DNA of 64,000 bases from Amphiscolops sp. MND2022 (taxonomy: Eukaryota): positions 15,502,001 through 15,566,000 of the forward strand of contig OZ076409.1 in assembly GCA_964187785.1 (NCBI GenBank), in the 5' to 3' direction. This document shows, in pieces, positions 24,601-39,600 of the stretch. The notes under the pieces are model-generated. The model saw only the letters and a list, made by a program, of their open reading frames with translations. It made no database searches and was not told where the DNA came from. The position numbers and the translations under genes were made by a program. Every line of letters begins with the position of its first letter. The stretch's first letter is position 1.

Positions 24601-27600
24601 TCAGTCCACTGCTCTCATATTACACTGGAATGTTTCCAAAAATAAAGAAAACGTGTATATTTATGCCAAACCAAGTTGGTTATCTGTTACGTATTTTGTG
24701 TTTCGCAAAATCATGGGAGTTTTTGATCAATGGGAGTTTTTTAATCATCTTTTTCCATTTTTTTTTCTCTTTTTGGAAGCCATAAATCTGTAGACCGTGC
24801 GCATAGAAACTACAGATCGTTAGGTTGATAGGTTTCAGTGCTAGTTGAACAAACCCCACGCTGAGCACCGGAAATTTCTTGCCTGGATTATCTTGGCAAA
24901 AACATGTTTTTGGGGCTCGAGCGAAGCCGGAAGATCACAGATTTTTCACGAAAAATTTTAAATATATTGATAATTTTGACACTCTTCGGGTCTTTTTAGA
25001 TCACGTTCGGCACTTCCTTTTCAAAAACGTCGTACTTTGAAACAAAAAGTATTCTTGTTTTGTCTTTCACATTTCTGGATATTCATATCCACGGAAATCT
25101 TTAAGAATCTGTACAAAAATTGGAAATTTTTGGCTATTTTGTTGTACTCTTGGTTTAGTCACGTCTTTCGAAAGCCGCTAAAGGTTTAGAAGAAAAAGTC
25201 TTCCGTTACACTGTGAACAATCATTTTTCCATTTATATGCTGCTTTTTTGTACCAGGTCCCGCTGGAACTGGCAAGACCGAAACAGTGAAAGACCTCGCC
25301 AAAACGATCGGCAAGTTTTGTGTCGTGTTCAACTGCTCGGAAAGTCTGGACTATAAAATGATGGGCAAGTTCTTCAGCGGTGTCGCCCAATCCGGATCCT
25401 GGGTCTGTTTCGACGAGTTCAACAGGATCGACATTGAAGTGTTGAGTGTGATTGCGCAACAGATCCAGAGCATCAAATCGGCCAAAAGTATTTCTGCCGC
25501 CCGTCTGATGTTTGAAAACCGAGACATTAAACTCAACATAACATGCGCTTACTTCATTACGATGAACCCCACGTATGCGGGAAGAGTTGAGCTTCCTGAC
25601 AATCTAAAGAGTCTCTTTAGACAAGTAAGCAATAATTTTAGTCGGCGCCTTTTCCTTTAAGGAAAAAAGCCCCACTATTACAGTGGGTAGTTTTTTTCAG
25701 CTGACAATCTCACTCTGTGTGGTCCACTTTTCTTACAATTTTCATCTTGCAAAGTATTCACCTTGAATTTCATTTTGCATACAAGCTTGCAACGTATTTT
25801 ACATCATTTAAGAAACTCATCGGGACCTAAGGGTACTCGGATATAACGTTTTCAAAGTTCGGATGTAACGTTTTCAAAGTTCGGATGTAACGTTTTCAAA
25901 GTTCGGATATAAGGTTTTCAAAGTTCGGATGTAACGTTTTCAAAGTTCGGATATAAGGTTTTCAAAGTTCGGATATAACATTTTCATTTCTCGTATAACA
26001 TTATCAATTTTCCCCCGAAATTTCACAAAATTTGCGTCTAAAGTAATGCTTTAAGGTCAGGTTTTCAGTACTATAATTTTTTTGGATTTTTGAGCCTTAG
26101 ATATGGCGCCGACTTGGGCCGTTCCCGGCTTGTTGAAAATTTGATGGTTTATGAAGTTTACAAATTTTCTTTTAGAAAAAACGGAGCACCAATTATAAAA
26201 ATGTAAGAAAATGCCACTCGAACCTGAAAATGGCGTCTTCACTGAAAACCCGATTGAGAATTCTCGTTTACCCCAAGACAAGATTTTAAAAAAAAATTCG
26301 CTCCCATCTTTAACACGTTGCGTGCATATGTAGAAACCAATATGTGACCTTGACTTTGAATTACTGCTGTTGACTTTGTACAGGTGGCAATGATGGTTCC
26401 CGATTACACTCTGATTGCGGAGATCATCCTCTTTTCGGCCGGTTTTTCCACAGCCAAATCCCTCTCCACCAAGATAGTGAATTTGTACCAACTGGCAAGC
26501 AAGCAGCTGTCCCAACAAGACCACTATGACTTCGGCATGCGAGCCATAAAGTCTGTCCTGGTGATGGCTGGCCAACGCAAGAGCAACATCATTGCTTCGT
26601 TAGTGCTTGTGTTAATGTCCTCCAAACTGTGATTGTTTTTAGTCGGCGCTTTTCTTAAGAAAAGAGCCGACTATTAAGCGACGAACGTTAAAATTAACGT
26701 TCAACTACTAAATAAGTACTAAACTACTGGACCGCTAAAGGCAAACGGGGAGCGCATTCATTTACTTTTTAAACGTTACATACAAGCCCGGACGGGACTA
26801 AAGTTCCCCCCCCCCCTTTCGATTTTTTTCGGCGCTGTGAGACTTTTTTCGAAATTTTTTTAATGTCCCCAAAGGGTCCCCCTTTGAGTTTTTTGTTATT
26901 TTGCTACAGAATGCGTGTTTATAAATCAGAAAGGGTCCCCCCTTTACATTTTTCGGCACTGTGCGACATTTTCCGAAAGAATTTTTTTTCGAAAATTTCA
27001 AGTTTTTTTCCAAAAAAAATGTTTTGCGCTTTTTGAGCCTTAGATATAGCGCCGACTTGAGACGTTCCCGTCTTGTTCTCAGCTTTATTCTATTATAAGT
27101 TCTTGAAATGAATTGTTAGCTTTTCCATTTTTAGTCTGCGCATTTTAGAAGAAAATGTGTCCGACTATTACACTGTCACGTTTTTTACACTGAATGGTCC
27201 ACTTTTACAATCGTCGGCCGCCACACTCCCGCGGACGCCATGGCCTAGCACGCTATTTCCAAAAATTTCAGGTTTTATCCGAAGTAAAGTTGTGTTTCAC
27301 TGAAGAGGAGGTGGATGCTCGAAAATATTGCGCTATATCCAAATTTTTGACGTTATATCCGAACTTTTGACGTTATATCCAAATTTTTGACTTTATATCC
27401 GAACTATATTGCGTTTTACTAAGGAGGAGGCAGATGTTCGCAAAAAGCGCTCCTATTTCTCCCAGCACGCTATATCCGAAGTTTTGACGGTATATCCGGA
27501 GTAAATTGTGTTTTAAAAAGGAGGAAGCGAAAGTTTGAAAATGTTGCGCTCCCACGTGGCCCAGCCTGCTATATCCGAACTTTTGAAACTTTTGAATCCG

Positions 27601-30600
27601 GAAATAATTTTTTGTTCACAATGTTCAAGAAACCCGTCATTGACTAATTACATCCAAAAACTTTGAGCTCCCTGGTGTTTACATCTAAAAAGATTATCAC
27701 AAATCCGAGGTCTTAATTTTTATAATCTTTAGCATGCAACATCATAGATTTAGAAACAAAGTTTTGGTTAGTACGCTCTTGACTCGTTAGTCATTGGAAG
27801 AATTTCTAACACTTTTGTATTGGTCTGTGTTCAACACAAGTTGTTCGTTTTGCAGGAAAAAGACAATCAATTTTACTGAAGAAGAAGAATCCTTCATTCT
27901 CATTTCTTCCCTCCAAGACGCCAACTTGCCCAAATTCTTGGCAGAAGACGTTGTTCTCTTCGAAGGCATCCTAGCTGATCTTTTCCCAGGAGTGGTTACA
28001 CCCCAATCTGATGATGTCATTCTGGAAAAAGCGATCAATTTGGCTTCTCTTGACCTCGGAGTGAGCCACTGGAAGTCGCAGAGGGAAAAAGTTGTGCAAC
28101 TGTATTCTCAATTGTTGGTCAGACATGGTGTTATGTTGGTGGGTCCGACAGCTGGGGGTAAAACTGTAGTGCGAAGCATTCTCCAGAGAGCTCTCTATTA
28201 CTTGCCAGCTCTCGACAAGGATACTGACGAGTATGAATTGCATTCAAAGGTGCGTTTACTTTTTTTCACCGAATGGTTTGAAACAAAATGATTCAATGAT
28301 CATGTTTTATAGAATTTTCATAAACACTTCGGCGGGATTGAAAAAAAAACGAAAAGCCACTATAATGATCGCGTTTCATTTCATAAAGCGACGACTAAAG
28401 ATACATAACATTTCGTTCGGTTGACAACCATGAGTATTACGGCAACAGAACGACCACAAAAACATCGGACAAAAAAGCAAAAAAGCGCGTAAAATTGCAT
28501 CCCATGGATTGTGAAAATCGGTCAATTTCATTAGTTCAGTGTCCACAATAACCGTAATTCGAAAAAAAACAACTTGGTGGCTTTTCGTTGTTTTTTTTCC
28601 AATCCGGCCGAAGTATTTATGGAAATTCTATAAAATATCAAATTGACTGAATTGCTGTGCGCATTCATATTTTGACGTACTTATTCGGATTGAATAAGAA
28701 TTCGATTGTTGTTTTCGACACTGTGCAACTTTTTGGTGAAAATTTCCACTTCACAAAAACACAAAAAAGTTTTCGCTTTGGTTTTTTTGATGTTTTGACT
28801 GAGAAAAAAGCAAAAAAAGCTTCTTTATCTCAAAGAGTTTCCGGGATTTTTGGCATTGCGAAATAATTCTCTGAAGTACTTTGAGCCTTGAGCGGGGCGT
28901 CGAGTTATGCCGTTTCGGCTTGTTACTAAAAATACCCTTATTTCAGCATATTCGCAAAAAAGGAAGATGTGAAAGCGTATTGGTAAACCCGAAATGCATC
29001 AGTCTTGGCGAACTTTACGGTGAAATCAACGTGAACACTCTCGAATGGCGTGATGGTGTGTTAGCTACCCATATTAGGAAGTTCGTCACGCATTCTTCTG
29101 AGAACAGCAACAAAAACGTGACATCCTCTGAGTCTCTATCTGAAGCCTTCCGGTCCATGTCTGAAGTTCACGATCCGGCCACTACTAACCATGACTGGAA
29201 ATGGTTGGTTTTGGATGGTCCTGTGGATACTCTGTGGGTAGAGAATTTGAACACAGTCCTGGATGACAGCAAAGTTCTTTGTCTGGCTAATGGTGAAAGA
29301 ATCGGTCTAACTCCCGATGTACGACTCATGTTCGAAGTCGACAACTTATCTCAAGCTTCTCCCGCAACCATATCGCGCTGTGCCATGGTGTACATGGACC
29401 CAGTGGACTTGGGGTGGAAACCGTTCATTGAAACATGGATCAAGAAACTTCCCAAACAGGTGAGAAGTAGAAGTCGGCAGTTTTATACTGCAACTTCGCG
29501 CCGAAGAGGATCACTTTTAATGTTTTCGGATCCGATGAATGTTCAACCGGGTGTAAAACTATTTTCGTTGTTGAAACTAATTGATGCCTCTATATGCATG
29601 GCAGGTACTAATTGCACGAGTGTTGATGTTAAGTCGTTTGAGACAGTATGTGGTGTTTAAATGAGATGGGGTCTAGAAACAGTTTGCTTGCTTATTGCGC
29701 AATCGTTCATGCTCAAAAAGTCGGGATTGGTCAACAAGTTTAACACTTTGCTTGTTTATTGTGCAATCGCCAGCTCACACTGAAAAAGTCGGGATCGCTG
29801 AACAAGTTTCGCCAATAGAATCGCCACTTAAATACTAATGCAAAAACTTTATTCAAAGAAAAATGTTGTACAGTCAACTCCGGCTAATTCGTATCCGTAT
29901 AGTTCGGATCTTCGTTTGATTCGTATGTATCTGTGAGTCCCATTTCACGACGACCAAATTGATATCATCCGGTTAATTCGTATTTTTATCTATTCGTGCT
30001 ATTTTACTCGGTCCCTGGCGATACGTGTTAGGCGGATTCAACTTCAGTTAAAAAATTATGCTTTAAATTAAACAATTTTCAAAAATTAAATTAGTTATTT
30101 TTTGATATAGAATAACAGGATTCTGACTTTTTGTCGCAAGCTGCCGCTTGTGACGGTAATTTCTACCAAATCGCCTCAGAAGGAGATAATTACAACCCCA
30201 TCAGGTGTTCTGCCGAAGGTGTAATATTCAAGGACCTTAAGTCTGACCGGTCAGAGCAGAGTACATGATTGGGAACCTAATTCAAATTTCATTTATAATC
30301 TTTTGTTTTATGTAATTGTTTTCTGCGCTTATTCTATTTAAATTATGGTTGGAATGAAAAGTTAAAACAATGTAATAAAAATTAAGAATTGATTAGCTGT
30401 AAGATTGAATACAATAGTAACAAGTGCAAAGCAAATAGGAAACGCGTATAACTGATACTCTGCTATGGCTCGGTGGACGCGTTGTCCGATTTTGCTTTGA
30501 CCATAAGATTGCAGTACCAGCCTATAATGTTTTAGTACATAAGCATATACTGTAGCTAAACAGACTTTACGTCCCATACGGTTCCATTCTAACTTTCATT

Positions 30601-33600
30601 GACTGCATGTTGTGTAATATTATTGCTATTATTTTGCTACCTACATGTAATTTGTGTAGTAGTTTTTCCCAATAGTCTTACTTAATTCAAATGACGCAAT
30701 TTGACGTCATGTCTGGATAACCCTGACGCTATAAGGCAATTACGTAAGACTGAGGGTGTTACTATTTATAGTGCGATGACCCCTTATTTTATGACTGTCA
30801 CGTGCAAGGTATATATAGCGGACCACCGATGAAAGGGGCTTCTGAATTCTCTGATTGATCTCAAACACAGAACTCAACTCTCCTTCATTTTAATCAGTGT
30901 TGCTACTTACCATAATATCAATTTCTCTGTACAATATTACGCTTTTGTTGAGATAAAACCTCCCAGTAATAGCGTCTGTCCTCTCAGTAACCTGTCAGTA
31001 ACATTTCTTCAATGCCTTCAACACGTAAACAAAAGGCCAGAGAAAAGCGCTCAAGACAATCAGACGTAATGTCTGATATAGAAAACTTGGGTGTAAATGT
31101 TAGGCAGCTATTCCGGAAATGAGGCAGAAATGGTGTAAAACGTGAAAATGAGGAAAACGCGGACCTTAGGTCTAGCGGGCGACAGGATGACATTAATTCC
31201 AATGGCAAGGATTTTACGACACTTTTGAACACCAATAGCAAAGGGAGCAGCGAATTCACTGCAGAAACAGTCAGAATGATAAACAGTGAAATTACTGGTC
31301 AAGTTTCAAGCAACCTAAATGAGATTAAGTTTGACCTAAGTTCTCAAATCCGTGAGGCTATAGAACAAGCAATCACTGATCAGGTTCTTCCGTTTATTCG
31401 AAATACTCCTGGTGAACAAGAAATGGGGTCCAAGACTAAAGTGGACCTAACGTCTAGTGGGCGACACAGGAGGAGCCCGAATTAGAAACTACAAAGAAAG
31501 CTTGGAGAATCATCCAAGGACTCATAGGAATATTAGCAATCAAAATCGGCATATTGGTGAAAATTTTTTGGGTTCTCAATCAAGTGAAGAAGATCGCCAC
31601 ACTTTTGTTTTAGTTTCCACCGAAAGGACGCGAGTTTTTGATGGGCATGTTTGATCACTTTGTGGACCCTGGATTGAAATTTGTGAGAGAGCGTGCTGGA
31701 GATCAGCATATCCAGGCACCCGAACTGAGCATGGTCAAAACTCTCTGCACTCTTTTGGAAGCGTACATTGACTTCTTGCGCTACAACGGTGGCTTTGGAA
31801 TCGGCCCCTCTGGTAAGAAACTGCATTAAATACTTTTACATTGTGTATCACTTTCGCTGATCACTCAACTTGATCATTCAACTGAAATCTTAGAAATATT
31901 GAAATTTCTTTAGCTATTGGTAGGTATTGAAGTCATGGGATCGTTGTGAACTAGGTTTTTGAGACCACCTGTTGGCAGGGTTTTGACATCGCTATTTTTT
32001 TGCTAATCGCTAAACCGCTAATTTCAAAATCGCTATTTTACTGAAGTACTCTTTCTTCAAACTATTAAACGTTTGACAAGTATGTTATGAAATTGAATAA
32101 TAACTTAATTCAGCTTTTTGCGAGAAAAAAACAAGAATTTTTCATACTGTATGGGTTTTACCAGGGTAAAAGTTACAATTTTTCGAAATTCATTTTGAAA
32201 CTCCGTGTATTTTTCGAGGAATTTTCGAATTTGGGCAACCTATCAGATTCCACTAATTTCATTGCTAATAAAATCGATGGAAAAATTCAGCGCGTTCGCT
32301 AAATCGCCTTCTAGGGGTGTCAAAACTCTGCCTGTTAGTCCAATCATAATTTAGAGTTAGTTGAATTCTATTCTCGTTTAGTTTCCGAAGTGCTTCAGAT
32401 GTATATCATAGACTTAATGTGACCAATTGGAATCAAATGATGATTATAAGGATTTTCTTCCTTTTTGGGCGGTTAATTATTACCAACTTTGTTTCTAACA
32501 GACGAAGATGACGAAACAGAGGGAAGCAGTTCTCGTGTTTCGTTCACTGGGAAACCGAAGAAAGTTCCTCAGAAAAAGTTTGTATCAGTCATTTTTTAAA
32601 AAAATATTTGAGTGTTCTAACCATCAGTGAAACGTGAAACTGTTGCAATTCAACATATTTATGTCAAAGTGGTTAATCCCTGTGATATTCATAACACAAC
32701 CTGGGATGAACAAAGCTCCGTATCCCGTTTTTGACTGATGTTTAATTTATATCTATCCGCAAGATGCTCTTCACTTTCATCTGTTTTTTTTTGCATCGAT
32801 ACGGTTCTGGTACTTTTGAGAGATATGAACATAGCTTTAGCTGATAAGATACGTCATCATTCAGATGCATTGAGAAAAGACCTACAGTAGCGTTCTAAAA
32901 GATTGCAACCTCTTGATCAGTTTTCTAGGCAAATAGCAAGTATCTCAGACTCTAGGGTATACCCTAGAGTCTGAGATACTTGCTATTTGCCTAGAAAACT
33001 GATCAAGAGGTTGCAATCTTTTAGAACGCTACTGTGGGTCTTTTCTCAATTACCTGCTATAGCTAGAAAAGTGAAGGATTCAATCAACAGGTAATTTAGC
33101 AAGATTTTTCATAAAAGTTTGTGTCTTTTCATTCTTATCAGCAAAGATGCATCAAACCTGTGCTACAGATAGAGCAAATATTAATACTTTATATCGCAAA
33201 AAAAATCAGTTTTTCTCAGAGTTCCAAAATATTGAGCATCCATAAAAGCACCGTTTCACGTGTTGTTCGGAGATTTCTGGAACGAAGAACGATTCAGGGC
33301 AAATTAGTCCGAAAGACATCGAAAATGCACTCAATTTACCGAAGAAGCAATTGCTCAGAGCTGTGAAAAAAGACCTTCTTCTTAACAGCATCAGAAATTG
33401 CCCAAACTTCACAAATAATGATTGCACCTGCTATGGTCCGCAAGATTTTGCGTAAATACAACCTGAAGGCAAAAGTTTACAACAAAAATGTAGTATTTCC
33501 CACAAATCGGGTGGAAAGAATCAGCTTTGCCGAACAAAGTGGCATCAAAAATCGGCAAAAAATGAGCCAAACTGGTGGAATCCTTTTTCTGACGAAACGA

Positions 33601-36600
33601 TAATTGAGTTACAACTTACAAGTCCGATACTTGTCAGAAGACCACCAAGTTTTATATTTCATCCATTATTCCATCTCCAAAATGCAAAAAACATTGACCG
33701 CAAAATAACTGATGATTATGGGATGTGTCTGATCGAATGGCGAAAGATAGATTTTTCCATCAAAATCAAAGTCAACTCCATCAACTGTTTGAAAGACAAG
33801 GTTCTACCATTTCTGGATCCCCATGAAGTTTCTCTGTAGGACAATGCACCGGTCCATACAGCTGAAAAACGATGATTTTTTCAAGAGAATGCTTTTGCCT
33901 CACTGGAAAACTGGCTCCCACAATCACCGGATTTAAATTTCATCAAATATTTGTGGCGCATTCTGCAGAAATATGTTATTCGAAGAAATCCCGAAACATT
34001 GGAACAATTTTGAAGTTACACTAAGGAAGAATTTTACCGAATTCCAAAGGTACATAAAAATGCATTATGAATCTATTCCGAGACAAAAAAAAACAGGGAA
34101 TTTTGACAAATTAAGCATACCCGACAAAGTATTAGACTCTTAATAACGTTTTCTTACCTTGATCCTTTTTTGTACGATGTATTTTTTGTGGCCTAATTCA
34201 ATTTTGAATTTTTGTTTTTATTTTCAAAGAGTTGCAAAATTTTAGATCGCTACTGTAGAAATGCAACTAATCCATAAGAAAGGACGAACCCAGTTCACAT
34301 CACAAACAAGTGCGACTGGAGACAATCGCACACATTCTGGGAAATATTAACTTGACAATCAAAACTGCGTGATACTGTAAATTATGACCTCCGCCATAAC
34401 GAAAACCAGTTATTTGAACTTTTGTTTCAGGACTTCATCTTCGGGCAAGTGGTTTCTGGAGAAGCAGCCAGCCTCGTTGGAGCTGATCATGGGCAAGTTG
34501 TTTGTGTTCTGCTTCACCTGGTCCATGGGCGGAAACTTCCGACGAGTGGACGACGCCGAAGACTCAGACTCCTCCTACACGGATGTCGGATACGAGTTTG
34601 ACAATTTCGTACGCGAGCTTTTCGAGTGTGAGCCGCCCTACGGTTAGTTATACAACTATGTTCATCTTGAAAAAATGGAAAATTCCTTAAAAAGCAGCCG
34701 ATGGTACTTTTTTGAGAGTGAGAGAGAGAGAGAGGAAACAGTTCCTCAAGTAATACCGTATTTTTTAAATTTCAGGTGTACGGTTACCGACTGGTAATCA
34801 AACAGTTTATGCGTATTTTGTGGATCTAATGAACGGAACCTTCGTTACTTGGGACAAACTAGTTCCTTCGACAAAATATTTGGTGGAAAAGGGAATCGGA
34901 CCACTCGGTTAGTTTAGTCATTATGACGTCACTCCATCTTTCCACAAACGTTCCAAGACCTGGTTGACTTCATAGTCTACCTAACCATAATAAACCATAT
35001 GCTTAGCTGCTCATGCTTCGTAATAACTATAATATGTCAACTAACAGATGAACCAGTGAAAGAGAAGAAAAAAGGCAAATCCAAGAAAGGTAAGGACGAT
35101 CTTCAGCAAAAGGTAGTGCTTCAATTTTGGGGCTCATTTTTGTTGTGCCAATCTCATCGTTAGCAGCTTGTTGAGTCTCATTCAATGTTTGCAATGTCAT
35201 GGTCATATTCCTCAACTCAGTTTGGAACCTCAACTAAAGTAGTGATATAACAGTGTGTGATGCTGAATAGTTGGTAAACGACATTCAAAAATTAAACCGC
35301 TCGGCAGCAGCTTGTTTGTGATTGGATAATTAAATAAAATAGACAATCAAATTTTCACAAATAACCTTCACTGAATTGACAAGATAACCACGCGCTGTTT
35401 TTAGTCGGCGCTTTATCCTTTTAAAAAAATGCCCGACTATAGCAGTGACCTTTTTTTTCCTCAGACTACAATCCTCACACTGATCGGTCCACTTTTTACA
35501 ATCCTGAGCAGAGCACCTCAGCACCTCAGGCCAAGTCCGCCCAAGGCAAACTTTACTCCAAAGGGTCCCCCCTTTCATTTTTTACTTTTTCAAGGAAACA
35601 TACAAAACCGGACGTGCCCAAAGGGTCCCCCCTTTGGATTTTTTTCGGCACTGTGCGACTTTTTTTCCCGAAATTTTTTTGTCTCCAAAGTGTCCCCCCT
35701 TTCATTTTTTACTTTTTTAACGTAACCTACAAAACCGGACGTGCCTCAAGGGTCCCCCCTTTGGATTTTTTCGGCCTTGTGCGACTTTTTTTCGAAAATT
35801 TTTAATGTCCCCAAAGGGTCCCCCCTTTGAGTTTTTTGATATTTTGCAACGGAATGTTTGTTAATAAATCCAGAAGGGCCCCCCCTTTTACATTTTTCGG
35901 CACTATGCGACTTCTTTTGAAAGAAAAATTTTTTTCCAAAAATTTCAATTTTTTTCCAAAAGGGTTTTACGCTTTTTGAGCCTTAGATATGGCGCCGACT
36001 TTAGACGTTCTCGTCTTGTTATGCTATTGCCGAGCGGGACCACACCACAGTTTTATGCTGCTATTGAAAACAAATTATGCGGCTGTAAACAGTAAATTAT
36101 GTCCAATATGCTCTCAAAATTTAACATATTTACATTATAGTAGCAAAAAAGAGAGTCAATAAGATTTCGATCAGACATATTACTCCTAAAAGGCGTTTCC
36201 AAGATACTGAGTTTACTGTAACTGCGTTCAACATCCGCACTTGACGCTGAAATCCATATGCTGCGAGCTATTTTTGAAATCAAGGGGTATTCATCACCAT
36301 TTGCTTCCCAGTAGTTTAGTATATCAATATTGTCAAAATCCACATGAGAATTGTAATACCAATTGTAGTGTCTATGATATTACAAATGTAATGAACTAAG
36401 TCTTTTTCTTTAAATAATTCATAGCTTCAGATATTCATGCTCTGTGTTGCTTACTTTGAACGCTAAGATAGAGTTTTCTTCTGTTCAGGACGCTCAAATT
36501 TTTACTTATCGATTGACCTCGTATTATGCTTTGTATCGTATTTGCTAATTGTGCGTATTATGCGGCGAGCACAAAACTGGTCCCTGTTGGAGTTGTAAAA

Positions 36601-39600
36601 AGAATGAAAATGTTGCTTCGCATAGCGGTGCAAACTTTCAATCTTGATTACACGCTGTTTTAAAATTTTGAATGTCGTTTATTAAGTTTTCAGCGTCAAA
36701 TAGTTTATTAAAAGCAACATAGCGTACGGAATGAGCAAATAAACAAACCTCATTGGCTCATTAATATCTCACGCGCACTTTTCATTGGTCGAGAGCTGTT
36801 TTCAAAACATCATTTTTTTGTTTTTTGACTTACACTTTCCTAATTTCGAAATAATTCTGACGGAAATTTTCTCCCGAACATTTCGAATCTGGCATAGTTT
36901 TTTTCTCGAAAATATTGTAAATTGTATAAGTATGACTTTGTTTTATGTTGTTAGGTTTCAAAATCGTGTCTCAATGCATGTATTTTCGAAAATGTCTAAT
37001 TTTACAGCTTTTTTCTACATATTCAGAATTATCTGTAAATCAAATCATATGGGATTCAGTAAAATTAGGGGGTCAAATAAAATAAACATAAACTTTGAAC
37101 ATAAATTTTAGGCAAAAGTAGACCAAAAGTTAAAAAAACTTCAATTTTGACTCCAATTTGGCTAAAAATGACTTATCGTAGCTTCTGCACTTTTCTTCAG
37201 AAAATTTTCCAACAAACATATTCGTGAAGTAGATAAAAATCTAAGAAACTTTATATATATTTGAGACAATCGATTTTGAGATTTGCCTTATGTTGCTTTT
37301 AATAATGCAATAATGCAAATTTGGTGTTATGTTTCTTGCGGCATTGGCTAAACCTAATTTGTTCATTTTTTTCATATTTCATCATTAGGGTTTTCATTTT
37401 ACTCATGCAATATTCTAGTTTTTTATTTTCAGATAGTTTCCAGATGATATTTGGTAAAAATCACCTTTCCCCCTTGAACTGACTAGCAATATGACATAGC
37501 TCTTTAGTTGATTTATTTTCTGAAACGTAGACAGGATCTCAAACGTTTTGAATGCACTTTTTCTAGCGACATTCACTTTTCTAAATTTTGCAATTGATCC
37601 TTGAAATTTTCGATACCGTGTATCATTAGCCTATACAATATTGCATAGTAACAATGCTGATATATGTTTCGAGGATGGGTAGTTGTAGTGAATTGACTCG
37701 TGAACTGAAAATCGTGTATGATGTTTTTCGTGTATTTTTTTATGTTGCATCGGTATCCTGTACAAAAAAATTATCGCGAACGGTAACACGTATAGACTGT
37801 GAAACATCAGTTTTTCAAAAATGCGTAATTTCATTCAGAAAGCACAAATTATGTGGTAAAAGTCTGTTTCGTGTCAGCATATCTCAAATTACGAAAGAAC
37901 ATTCTTCTCACTGATCCAGAATTGGCCGGAATTGACAAGGTCTCCAGAACTAGATTTTCAATCCTTTTTCCAGTTCCTTTTTTCGCCAGAATGTCAGGAT
38001 AGTTTCATACCTTTCCGAGTCATTTTCGTGTTCGAGCAAACACCGAAAAACTTTTATACTCATTTCGGAAGCCAATGAAATTGCTTCATTTTCTCGTGTA
38101 AATCGTGTATTTGGAGTAAATCGTGTGAATCGGTAGTTCGTGTAACAGTACCAGAAAATTCGTGTGTTCCGGTACGGTACATGTAGCTCCGTCAATTCAC
38201 TGGTGAGCTGTATGAGTTTTTAGGTCACAACAACGAGCAACTGGACCCGGAGGCAATCCAACTGGTGCCAACTGTGGACAGTGTGAGGTACTCGTTCCTC
38301 ACCGTCCTCCTCACTCTGTACAAAAACCCAGTTCTTCTCACTGGTTGGTACGACTACCACTTTTTAGACCCCTCAGCACCGACACGTATCCGAAATCCAC
38401 ACTGAACTTCGTTCGGTTTTCCGATATTTTTCTGTTAATAGTTCGATTACTTTTCGGAGTCTAAACACAAGGTTTGCCGCAAAAGGAAAGTTTCGGAGGA
38501 AACGGAAAACGCCTGGGTAGTTCAGAAAAAGATGATCTGGAAAGATTTGCTGAGAAAGTTTTGAAAAATACGTTTTTGCTTCATTTAGTTGTCTTGCCAC
38601 TGCCGCGTAAAACATAAATTATCGTAATGTATTCATTATACAATTATACTGTTTTATTCGGTGAGTCAGGATATGTGAATTGGTCTTTTTTGCCTCCACG
38701 TGGCTATAATCTATTTGAAAGTGGATACATTTGGAACAAGAAAAACTTTTGTAAAAAAATTCACAATGCTGATATAAGTCCAAGAGTGCTTCATTGGAGG
38801 CTTGAAGCGGCTAGAATTACTCAGGAGATAACGTTTGGACCCTTTGGATACTTTTAGATTTTTGGCGGGCTCAAAAGGCGCAAAGAATCGTTTTTAGAAA
38901 GTTTTTTTTTAGCTGAAAACAAATTAGTCAAGATGGCGGGGCAAGTTCGGTGAAACAGAAAAAATTTACAAAAAAAGTCGCAAAGTGGCGAAAAACCTCA
39001 TTGCTACAGTCTAGCCTTGTAATATGGTCCTTGATACATTTTAAACCTGCAGCACGGCGATTTGAAACCTGCAGTAACGAAGTTAGACAAAATCGACAAA
39101 AAAGTGCCAGTGGACACTTCGCGAGGCTGAAGAAAAACTTTTTCAAAAATCTCCGACTAAAGACAAGGCACAGACGTCTCAAGTCGGCGCCGCGTTAAGA
39201 CTCAATAAACACTAAGGTTTTATAACATGCTGCAATGTTGTTTTTAAAAAAAGACTGGAAATTCTCCGAGAAATTCTCCGAGAGTAGTGAGTCACACTAC
39301 TCAAAAAAGGCTTTTCCCAACTGGAATGATAAAAAAATTCGAATGTCGGATTTTAGTTTAAAAACGTGTGGAAGCAACTGAACATGTCCGAATTCCTTGT
39401 GTATTATTTGGACGAGTTAGACTTGTATACGTTCCGTCAGAAAGTGCCATTTGTATTTTAAAAAAATGAAAAAGTCGGCTTTTGCTAGATTCAGAATATC
39501 CACCTAGATTCAGAATATCCACCTCTCACTTGGCTAAATGCAATTCAGTCGGAATTTTTGACACTATGTCCGGAGTACGTAGTTTCTATACGTTATATAC

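Noticed and set aside
25837..25985. Regularly spaced 22-bp repeats resembling a CRISPR array
   Set aside because: Head-to-tail with no unique spacers, eukaryotic intron, no cas genes; a minisatellite inside a HINE-like element.
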